DNA of 59,146 nt, filler included, from Jimgerdemannia flammicorona (Eukaryota), in assembly GCA_003990765.1 (NCBI GenBank). It is 2 parts of 2 records of this genome, joined end to end, with 100 filler letters (N's around TTAATTAATTAA, not from the genome) between each part and the next. Parts side by side here need not be neighbours in the genome. Positions count along the whole stretch, not along the records: positions 1 to 29,524 come from RBNJ01000492.1; positions 29,625 to 59,146 come from RBNJ01000493.1. One strand, 5' to 3'. How positions within the stretch are numbered: the stretch's first letter is position 1; the number at the start of each line of letters is the position of its first letter. Shown one piece after another: positions 23,830 to 34,904 of this stretch. Under the pieces are notes generated by a model. The model saw only the letters and a list, made by a program, of their open reading frames with translations. It did no database searches and was not told the DNA's origin. Both the position numbers and the translations under genes were made by a program.

Positions 23830-24832
23830 GTTAAGCCCGGAGGGCTGGAGTTAGCTGCGAGAACCTGGAGGATGGGAGGCTATACAAAGAAGGGTTCATC
23901 GCACAGGAAGAACCAGGCATTGCTGCACCATGCCGAGGATGTATTGAGGAATATATTTGTTTAAAGTTTATAACTTTCATATTCTTCAGCTGCTAACAAG
24001 CCCTCTTCTGTCTCCACCATGAACTCAATAGTTAATTATGTGGGGCGTGTGTGTAGAATCACGTGACTGAAATAGTGCGGAGCCGATATAAGAACTATTA
24101 TAATTATGGTGCACAAGTCAATACTCCAAAAATTTTGACACCTATCTTTGAGGCGATATCACTCTCACTAACATAAACATTTTTTTCAAAAATAGCTTCA
24201 CTGCATTGTAGGAAAACTATTTAACCATAAATCTATGAAACTCTTTTTTTATATATTTTAATATTTTATTGAAGAATAAGCCTTTGAAAAAACTCATTTT
24301 TGGCTGGTGATGGTCCTAGGTTGCCGGCTAAGAAAAGCAGTCACGGCCATTTCTATTGGTTGGAAACAAAATATCACCCTATTTGGTGGCTTCTATTGGT
24401 TAATGAGAGTGATCACTATTATCTTATCTAATTATTTATTAGATTATTATAATTTTCTAATTGCCGCCTTATGTAATGTAATTAGATCGATTATAGACTT
24501 GCCATATGAGATGACAAAAAAAAAAAAAAAAGGGTACAATCTAGATAGGCCATAAGGTACTTTTTAATAAATTTCGCCTCATATACTTGATACAAATATT
24601 CCCCAATGATGCACAACAGAAGGGAAAAACGCGGTGCTTGCCACCGTCGCTCGGTTAAACCCCGGAAAGCACGATTTGTGCAACGCCAGATCTATCCCAC
24701 GTGCTGGAGTTGACCGCGAGAACCCGGAGGACGGGAGGCTGTATATACAAAGAAGATTTTATCGCACAGGAAGAACTAGGTCTTGCCAAACCACGTCGAG
24801 CGATATTGAAGAATATGTCCGTTTAAAGTTTA
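23830..24832. repeat. Diverged direct repeat pair of about 150-180 bp (23830-23970 and 24652-24832)
   Basis: gctggagtt..gcgagaacc.ggagga.gggaggct..tacaaagaag..atcgcacaggaagaac..gtttaaagttta occurs twice. Confidence 0.75.
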
Positions 24833-25199
24833 TCCTTCAAGCCAGTAGGGGAAAACAAGGTGAAAAAAATTACGCACGTAACCCAGTGGGTATAATCACG
24901 TGCCTGAAAATAGTGCGAAACCGATATAATTACTTTGAGACGACCCCATTTCTTGGTTCACGCCATATGCACGTGTTACGGCATGCTTTAATTTAGTCTA
25001 TAGTGCAGAACCGATAACTCCAGTGTGGAATCGATATATAATATATAGTCGCTATTAATGATAAAATGACCAACTTAGGCGTTGCTTTTCCCAGCAAACG
25101 AGCGCTGCACTATCACGACAACCTCGAAAATCTGTTGGTCATTCTGTGCTGTCCTAGTCCGGACGGTAACGAACTATGCCATCCTACAACAGGGCTTCC

Positions 25200-25554
25200 T
25201 TTTTTTTTTTTTTTTTTTTTTTTTTTTGCAAACATATTTATATGTGATATAGGTAAAAATAAAATAAATAAATAAAATAATTTTTAATCTTACATTTGCA
25301 CGGGAATCCGACAAGCCTGAGATAATCAAATTTGGATGATGCGTCATGAAATTGATATTAATTCCTCCTTTCACATTATCCTATTAATAATTCCAGATCG
25401 GGAAAAATATTCGTTCTGGTCGCCTATAATTATTTTTGGATCGGGAAAGAGGTTCATTTTGGCCAGCAAAAGCCTCCAATGCAGAGTAATTTTCTTCTCT
25501 AGATTGTGTGCACTCTTAGTGACAAAAAAACGATGATTGTATCCTTTTCTATCA
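25200..25554 (-). mobile_element. Candidate poly(A)-tailed retroposed insert (retrocopy or SINE-like); homologous 3' ends at 23220, 27274 and probably 29497
   Basis: 28-nt poly(T), with direct repeat AGGGCTTCC at 25191-25199 and 25555-25563. The sequence next to the tail is conserved in the other units. Confidence 0.5.
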
Positions 25555-26026
25555 AGGGCTTCCCAGTTTTGGAGAAAAATTAGAAAATTAGGAACTTCAG
25601 CGTATTTTATACTGCGGAACCGATGCTATAACAAAACTGATCATGGCCCGATCGCTCGTCACCGAGCAACAACTTCATGTTTTACGAATTTGATTCTAAA
25701 CGCACAAAGCTTTATTGAACGATAGCATGTATATATTGTATAGAATATGCGTATACTTAGGATCGGATGTTTCGGAATTTACAGGCGATCTCTAATTACC
25801 ATGTCATGGCGCAAAAATAAAAATAAAAATAAAACATGTAGGTTGGATGCATACAACGTTAGGCGGAATAGTTGGTGTTGAGGAGGATAAGGGAGGGGAG
25901 GAGGGAGGAAGGGGAGGGAGAAGGATCAAACTTGTCCCAAAGATTAAGAAACACGTCGCGTAGAGAGATACCGAAATGGCATAGGAAATACAGATAAGGC
26001 GGACGGAAGAAAGAAAGTGACTGCCG

Positions 26027-27012
26027 TCATAGAGCAGAAGCTCGTTCAGGGGGGAACGGGGCAATATTTAGTCTGGTGAAGCTTACTTCTGTAGATCCGA
26101 CATTTGATGTGATGAGGGTCGGTCGCGACGTCCGTGCCGTTGGCAAGCCACCCGTATACAGGTCGTGGTTTGCAAGTCGTTTCCTTCCCAGTGCCATGGC
26201 TGGCGTGCTGGCTCCTTGCTTGCCGGGATCGGAAAACCATTTGCTTATGATATATCGGATTTCTGTTGCGACCGGATCACCACGAACCTCGAGGGAGCGA
26301 AGCAACTGCACGCCATTATACTCCTGGACGCACAGCGCGTAGCGATTAGTGTTGGCGTCGATTTGTGGCCTTTTCCGAGGTTTGGAGTCGCCAATGCGCC
26401 GCTCGGCGTCACCGATCCAGAGAATAAACTTGAGATCGCGGATTGCCAGCATGAAGTTATCTTCGTTGGTCGAAGTCAACTGGTTGCATCGAGACTCGAT
26501 GACGGCGCGGCACGTATCGTCTCCAAAGCAAGACCTGCCGAGTTGACCGCAGCGAGAGCATGAGGGACCTTTGTGACAATGTTTTTTGTCATACTTGCAT
26601 CCAGCACACGCCGTTCTGGGCGGGATCCGTTTTTGTGTCCTCATGGTCGCGGCATGGAGACGGCATTGTCTCTTCTTCTTTATACAGGCTGCGCAATTCC
26701 GGTAACGAACGTTGTTGGTGCGGGCAAGAAGCGGGAAAGGATTTGGATCGGTCGGTGGCGCATCCGAAATCGTTGACGGCTTACTTCGATATTTGGTGGT
26801 GGGATGCTAACGTGAGATTCTAGGTGAATTTGGAAATTGTCCATCCCTCTGAGGACCTTTTTGCATGCCGAATATGGACAGCGGAGGAATGGTGATATAC
26901 TCTTGTGTATCTCGTTATGAGCGAGGACAACATCGATGCCCTTGGAGACGGAGAATGCTTTTGGGCACTCTGGGCAAGGGCAACAGTAGTCAGAGGATCT
27001 CGAGAGTAGCAT
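26027..27012 (-). pseudogene. C2H2 + Zn2Cys6 transcription factor copy 2; frameshifted unless spliced
   Basis: The C2H2 part (ORF 26680-27141) and the Zn2Cys6 part (ORF 26027-26644) are in different frames. Highly similar to copy 1. Confidence 0.72.
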
Positions 27013-27270
27013 ATCATTGGAAGAGGTCGAGGTAAGAGGAGATGTGTTGTCGATGAAATCGATGCCTCCTGTTATATAATAGTGCGGAACCTGCTTGAAC
27101 CAGTAATTTGTGGGAAATGCTGTTAATAATAAAATGACCAATTTAGACGTTGAGATATTTATGCTGCCCTCTTCCCCAAAACGAGCGCTGCACTACCACG
27201 ATAGCGTTGGCCATTCTGTGCATCCTAGACCCAGATGATCAGAAAACATGCCATCTCCCACAGCAGGGCT

Positions 27271-27302
<32 letters not shown>

Positions 27303-28083
27303 CAAACATATTTATATGTAATAATAGTTAATATATATAGTAAATAAATTATCTTAATTTTTATCTTACATTCGATAGGGTGAATCCGACAAGCCTAAGA
27401 TCATCAAATTTGGATGATGCGTCATGAAGTTACGAGCGAAATTGCACTGGGAAAATATTTCGTTCCGGTTGCCCTGCACCCCCGTCCGTTTATAATTATT
27501 TTTGGCAATCCACCGCTCTAGATTGTGTGCAATTTTGGAGACAAAAAAAACAAAGGCAAATTAAGAACTCATTAGCACATGATCCAGAGGGCGTGACCAT
27601 GTGGAACCGTGTATTTTATCCTGCGGAACCGATATATCGTCGCAGGTTAAGGATTCTAGAGCAAAAATGACCATGACCTAATCGCGAGATCCCGATATCC
27701 GACACGAAGCGCGTTATGACATGTGGATCAAATATCTGAAGATAGTGTAAAGGAACTTTCTTAGAAACTACCACTTCAAGATCGTCACGGATCAATCTCT
27801 TCGCGTTCAATGAATTTGACTCTTAACGCACAAAAATTTTATTGAGCCCCTCTATTGCGATAGTATATATATATATATATATAATATGCTTATGCTTAAG
27901 ATTGTGTAAAGCTCCGGGATTTACAAGTGATCTCTAATTACTGTATCATGGCGCAAAATGTACAAAAATAAAATATAAAAACATATAGGATGGACGCCTA
28001 CGACGTTAGGCGGAATAGTTAGTGTTGAGGAGGAGAATAAGAGAAGGGGAGGAGACGGCGGAGGGGGAAGGATCAAGCTTATC

Positions 28084-29141
28084 CTAAAAATTAAGAAATA
28101 CGTCGCGTAGAGAGATACCGAAAGGGCATAGGAAATCCAGGCAAGGCAGACGGAATAAAAGGAATGACTGCCGTCGTAGAGCAGAAGCTCGTTCAGGAGG
28201 GAACGGGGAAGTATTTAGTCTGGTTAAGCTTACCTCTGCAGATCCGACATTTGACGTGATGAGGGTCGGTCTCGACGTCTGTGCCGTTGGCAAGCCATTC
28301 GTATACGATTTCGAAGGAGCGAATCTCCTGTCATGGTTTACAAGTCGCTTCTTTCACCTGTTTCGTCCAGCGCCATGGCTGACTCCTTGCTTATCGGGAT
28401 CGGAAAACCATTTGCCTATGATAGATTGGATTTCTGTTGCGACCGGATCTCCACGAACCTCGAGGGAACGAAGAAACTACACGCCATTATACACCTGGAC
28501 GCACAGCGTGTAGCAGTTAGTGTTGGCGTCGATTTGCGGCCTTTTCCGAGGTTTGGAAGCCGCTCGACGTCAACGATCCAGAGAATAAACTTGAGATCGC
28601 AGATTGCCTGCATGATGTCATCTTCGTTGGTCGAGGTCAACTGGTTGCATCGAGATTTGATGACGGCGCGGTACGTATCGTCTCCAAAGCAAGGCCTGTC
28701 GAGTTGAACGCAGCGAGAACATGAGGGACCTTTGTGACACCGTTTTTTGTCGTACTTGCATCCAGTGCACGCCGTTCTGGGAGGGATCCGTTTTCGTGCG
28801 CTCATGGTCACGGCATGGAGGCGGCATCGTCTCTTCCTCTTTATAACGAACGTCATTGGTGCGGGCAGGAAGGCGGAAAGGCCGGTGGCGCATCCGAAAT
28901 CGTTGACGGCTAACTTGATATTTGGTAGCGGGATGCTAACGTGAGATACTAGGTGAATTAGGAAGTTGTCCATCCCTGTGAGGACCTTTTTGCATGCCGA
29001 ATATGGACAGCGGAGGAACGGTGATTTACTGTTGTGTATCTCGTTATGAGCGAGGACAGCATCGATGCCCTCGGAGACGAAGATTGCTTTTGGGCATTCT
29101 GGCCAAGTGCAACAGAAGTCACAAGGTTTCAGGAGCAGCAT
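28084..29141 (-). pseudogene. C2H2 + Zn2Cys6 transcription factor copy 3; zinc domains in frame, C-terminus frameshifted with an added stop
   Basis: ORF 28416-29141 carries both C2H2 fingers and CTGCKYDKKRCHKGPSCSRCVQLDRPC. There is a frameshift after FILWIVDVER and a CAG>TAG at 28477-28479 in the homologous frame. Confidence 0.72.
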
Positions 29142-29524
29142 GTCGTTGTGGTAAGAGGAAATGTTTTTTTGATCGAATCGATTCCTCTTGTTATATCACG
29201 TAAGAGCAGTTGCCCACAATTTCTTGGTTCACATCATACGCACATGCTTTAATTTAATCTATAATGCGGAACCGATATATATATACTTGAACCGACAATT
29301 TGTGGGTAATAGTCACAGGTAAGCAATCTAGACGTTGAGGTATTTATGCTGCCTCTACTCCAATCACCAGTTCCTTTTACCTGCAAACGAGTGCTGCACT
29401 ACCACGATAACCCCGACCATTATGTGCTCTCCTAGTCCCGGACGGCAACTTTATTATGATCTGAAAACTATTCTGCTATCCCCCACAGCAGGGCTCTCTT
29501 TTTTTTTTTTTTTTTTTTTTTTTT

Positions 29525-29624
29525 NNNNNNNNNNNNNNNNNNNNNNNNNNNNNNNNNNNNNNNNNNNNTTAATTAATTAANNNNNNNNNNNNNNNNNNNN
29601 NNNNNNNNNNNNNNNNNNNNNNNN
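29525..29624. other. Assembly gap with an artificial six-frame-stop linker
   Basis: 44 N + TTAATTAATTAA + 44 N = 100 bp. Confidence 0.97.
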
Positions 29625-32600
29625 CCCCCCCATCTACTCCTATCTGATGAAAGGCCACTTTGTCTAATACTATCTCCATCCTCTCACCACTCTGTTCACA
29701 GATCCTTGCCACCAAACCATGATGTCTCTCCCCCTGAAGACTCCAACCCACCCACTATCCAGTCAGCAGATTCCCCAACAGCTCCTCCCACCATAATACC
29801 TTCTCCTGTAGCCCTATCTGCTACTCTTCCTCGAATACATATAGCCAATATCCAGCCAATCCCACTCACACTGCTAACACCCACTCTATAGTGAGCCAAC
29901 TATCACCTACACCACCTACTAGCCAAGATCTCAAGTTCTCCCAGCAGCCCCCCTCACCTGCCAGTCTTTACTTCATACCTAGTCTATTCTCTATCTCTAC
30001 CCAAAAGTCCCCCAAAACCCCACACTCTCTTAGCCAATGTTTCGGCATCTGCACAAGTCCTCCAGCTTACCCTACATTATAATACTCCTCACAATCTAAA
30101 TGGCCACTATCCACCATATGCCCAGTGTGGAAATTTAATATGACATTTCTCTACAGCATTTATCACTATACTACCCAGAACTTGGGAGAAAGCCATCTCT
30201 GCACCTCAGCACTCTAAGACCAGATACCTGCCCAGTCTCACTCCTTGCCAATCTCTGCCACCTACCAGCCCCTTGGCCAAAGATTCTGGCTGAGACCCTG
30301 CTAACACTCCACTCCATCTCCAATATCAAACTCAGCAAGTGAAGTATCCCCCAGGAGCAGTCTATCCCATCACCACATATCTGAGCCCCACACTATCTCT
30401 CTCTCATTACCTTGCCAGCGCAGGTCAATTTAGTATACTCCATCTACCACTCCCCACCAAAAGTCCTTAAATTGCAGTCTTTGAGTTCCATTCAGTCTCA
30501 CCAAAGAGAGCAGATCTCTTGAGAACCCTCAAGGGGAGGTTCTCATCTTCCACACCTTCTGCAGCAGTGGCACCCAACCCCCTCCTTGCAGTTCAATAGC
30601 TCTATTCAACCACCAGGCTTGCAAGCAGTGCAACCTCTTAGAGAAATCCACAAGACTAAGACCTCCTCTGACCACTGGTGTTGCAAGAGTATCCCAACTG
30701 ATCTGGGATCTTCTCTCTGCCCAAATCCAATCTCTAGCCACCTTCATCAGCCTCCTCACTACCCAAGCTGGGAAGTCTAGGTGATAGGCCACATACCATA
30801 GCTTAGGGATCCAGTAGACATTCAGAATTGATACCTGCCCTATCAGAGAGATATGGCAGCCTCCCCAATCTTGAAGGGCTTCTCCCCAAATGGTCACCCT
30901 GCTCTTCCACCACACTCATGGCAAGACAGAACTATATATAGAAAGGAAGACTCCCAGATACTACACCACCTCACCAGTAGAGACAATTGTTCCAATGACA
31001 TCCCCACCCACTAGTCCATTCTCTAGCACCATTGTCTCACACTTATACTAGTTGAGCTTCACCCCAGAGTGAGCCTCATACCATTCCACTGTCCTCTTAA
31101 GTGCCTCAACATCTACCACAGACCCAAGTCCAACCACCATATCATCAGCAAAGGCCCCCACCTTCCACACTATACTATATATAGAGAGCCCTGCCACCCT
31201 CCAGCAAATTCTATCCATCAAAGGCTCTAATGAAAGGGCATAGAGAATAGAGGACAGAGGGTCTCCCTGAGGAACTCCTCTTCCCAAGGAGAATACCAGA
31301 CCTTAGTGACCATTACACATCAGTGCTGCCTGACTGCTCTCTAGCAGACCCAACATAGAAGCCTGAAATCTTAGAGGAACCCCAATTTGATCCAATATCT
31401 TGCCCAGCCAAACCCACCATACATGGTCATAGGCCTTCTCCTGGTCCAAAAAGACCAACCTTCCATCCAATCCACAAGTCCGGGCCCCTTCAATGACACT
31501 ATGCACCCATGCAGTCCCATCCCTTATAAGTCTGCCCCCAACAAAGCCCTGCTGCTCCTCCCCTAGCACCTGTTGGGTAACTTTCTGCAGCCTGGCAACA
31601 ATCACCTTAGTCACCATCTTACTGTCTATATCTAGTAGCATGATTGGTCTCCAATTCTTTCAGTCTTCCCTCCTCTACTTATCTTTGTACAGTAAGGCCA
31701 CCAGCCTGAGGTCCTGCTCTCTAACTCACTCACCACTCTGAAGAATATGGTCACAGAGAGCAGCCATCTCACCCAAAACTCCAGGGACTGTTACCATCTT
31801 CTTCCAGAAGTCCCATGGTAATCCATCCTCCCCTAGCACTGTTCTAAGCTTAGTTGCCACAAGGATACTCTGGATCTCCTCTCCTTGCACTGGTAAGATC
31901 AAGTCACCCAGCCCTGCTACTTGCAGCAGCCCCCACTCCTCCAGTGTGTCTTCAATTGCCTCCTCATCAGCACCCCCTTCTCTCTCACTCCACAAACCCT
32001 GCCATCTCTTCTTCAAAACCCCTAAGATTTGGTGTGTGCCATATACTATTTCCCCCTCAGCATCTAAGACTCCATCCCACTGATGTTGCCCTCTTCTAGC
32101 CTTGAGGAGTCTTAACAAGTACCTAGTAGGCTGCTCACCCTCCTCAAGCCCCTGTCACCATAATCTAGCAGCCATTCCTCACATATGAGTCTCCTCCTCC
32201 TCTCACAATACCTGTTGCAGTTCTACTATCTCCAATTTTGTCTGCTCTAACCTCCAATCCTCCACCATATCTGAAGTAAGCAAATCTACTCAATCCATGT
32301 GTAGTCTCCTCAGTCTACTGGAAGCATACCTTGTGCACTTCCTCCTCTATCTCCCAGCTTCTCTACCAGCTCCACCCCAATAGACCCTTGCAGCCTCTTT
32401 CAATCTCATCCAATGGATACCGACAGACAAACCCTCATGCCTCCAGATAAAAACCTTTGCCTGAATGTCCTCTATCCATGAATCTCACAACTCTGTTTCA
32501 GCTAGCAGAGAGGAGTTAAGGCACTAATGTCTAGGTCCATCTCCACTCCCCCCAAACTGCCCCTGCCCCAACAGTCTTCAGTGATCTGACCATGGGCACC

Positions 32601-34833
32601 ACTCCACCTCCAATGACTTCCAAACATCTGAACCCCAACACTCAGCTGTCAGAATCCAGTCAATCCTTGTACTCAAGCCATTTACCCAGTGTGTGTAGAC
32701 CCTGGTGTTGCCCCATCGAGTTCTGTCCATATCTCCTAATTCTCCACCTCCTCCCATGCAGCCAGACCTCCACTTCTCCCTCCTGCATTCCTCCCTCCAT
32801 CTGTTCTGTCTAGTGTCTAGACTCTGATCCCAAACCATATTAAAGTCTCTACCAAGAACATTGACCCCTTCCTCCAAGAGAATACCCTCCTCCAGCAGCT
32901 CCTTAATCCATGCAGTCCTCTTTCTCCTAACTGCTAGACAGTAGCAAGAGCCAACCCTCACTGACTCCCACCCTGGCTGATGCCAATCTCCCCAGACCAA
33001 GTGATCACCCCAGCTCCTGATTCCCCCCAAGTCTCCTCTATCTTTCTTCACCAGAATTGCCACTTTTCCAAACCAAGCAGTAGCCCCACCCCATTCCCTA
33101 GTCCACTCTATCTGATCATCCTCATCCTCACACCGTATATCCTGTAGTAAAAAGAGATCAGCCTCCAATCTCTTGAGCTAAGTAAAAATGTTCTTATACT
33201 GCCCAGATCCCCTTAACTCATTCACATTCAAAGAGAAAATGTTAGTTGTACTGTTCATAAGAAATAATGTTATATAATGATCCCATTCTCTACAAGTCTG
33301 CATTTGGCTCCTCCTGCACCAAGTTCAAGTCATATTCAGCAGCTAGTTTCCTTTCCCCAGCTTCCTGTGCTTCCAACCCTCCCAGAAGTTCCACCATCAT
33401 GCCATCTTCTCTCTCCTCAAAGTCCTCATAATACTCCAGATAGGCCTTCTGCCAGAGCTACAAACCATGATGCTCTGCCCAACAGTAGACAGCCTGCTCA
33501 CTAGCGACAACCACCAGCTCTGCCTTCCTCACCTCATCAACCTCATAACCCTCCTCCTCTAGGAAGATTGTAAGAATCTCCACCTTCAGCACCTCCACCA
33601 CTCCATCTCCTCACAGGATTCGCTCCCAATGCTCCTCAGGCATTACCTGAAGGTCTACTTCTCCCAAAGCCTCAGCTGTGAGGTTATTCATCACCTTGCT
33701 CATCCACAGCAGGTTCCCCATCTCCTTCCCTCCTGGAGTCTCTGGCTGCCCTGCATCCAACATTGTGGTATCTACTCCTACACTGGCAGCCTCATCCCAC
33801 TCCTTCTCTGGGACATCCACCAGCTCATCCTTGCCAACCACCACCACCTGGCTCTCTTTCGCTACATCTGGGACCCCAAAGTGAACTCACTGAGCACCCT
33901 GAATCAGTACATTCTCTGCTGCCCCTCTCTTCCCAATCAGGCCCTTCCTGATAAGCGGAGGAGAGGTGCCATCCAACTCCTGCTCCCAAACCTTGAATGT
34001 ACCATTGGTATAGAGATCCTTGCCCAATACCTTCCCAGCCCCTCTCTTGTTCACCTCTACCTCCTTTCCTCCTTTATCAGCCCAGATACTGGCTTCGACA
34101 CCTCCAGCCTCCACAGCCCCATCCAACTTCTTCTTTGCCCCTCCTGTCATCCTTGCCAAAAGCTCTCTCTGTTTCTTTCACCCCTGAGCCTGCTCCCACT
34201 ACCTCTTGTCCATGCAGATATGCTTCCTCTCCACAATCTCCAAGTGTGTCAACTCGACATATTTCTTCCAGGCCTTTGTCCTCTGCTCGATAGCCCCACT
34301 CATCTCTTCCAAAGCTCCAGTAGATCCTCCTCCTCCTCCTCACTCTCTTTCACCCTTGACACTTGACAGCTGAATGCCCCCCATATCAACACTACTGGCC
34401 TGTCACTCATCTTCCCTGTAGCCTCCTTCCCTGCCAATTGAATCCTGATGTCCATATCCCCAGTCCTTATGGCAGTCCCTCCCAAATCTAGAAGCCAATA
34501 TCCACTACATCACTATACTCAGCCATCACCTCCTCAACCCTCCTCCTTGTCTTGACTGCTGTCACTATAGGCACCCCCTTCACCAGCAGCTGCACCACCC
34601 TGGGGTCCCACCTCAGACAATGCACCATAGAGACCACCACCTCCCCAACTACCACTCTAGCCCTCAGAGCCTCATCCAGTATGCTTGTCTCCTCAAAACC
34701 CACCTCAACCCCCTCCAGCCCCTTCAGAAACTTCACTGAGATGGCTCTAGCCACCTGCTTCAAGATGAGCCCCAACACCATTCTTGCCATCACAGCCAAG
34801 CCCTGGAAGTACAAGGTGGCTACAAACTTCAAG

Positions 34834-34904
<71 letters not shown>

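Noticed and set aside
29569..29580. TTAATTAATTAA palindrome as a biological site
   Set aside because: Synthetic stop-in-all-frames linker between N runs.
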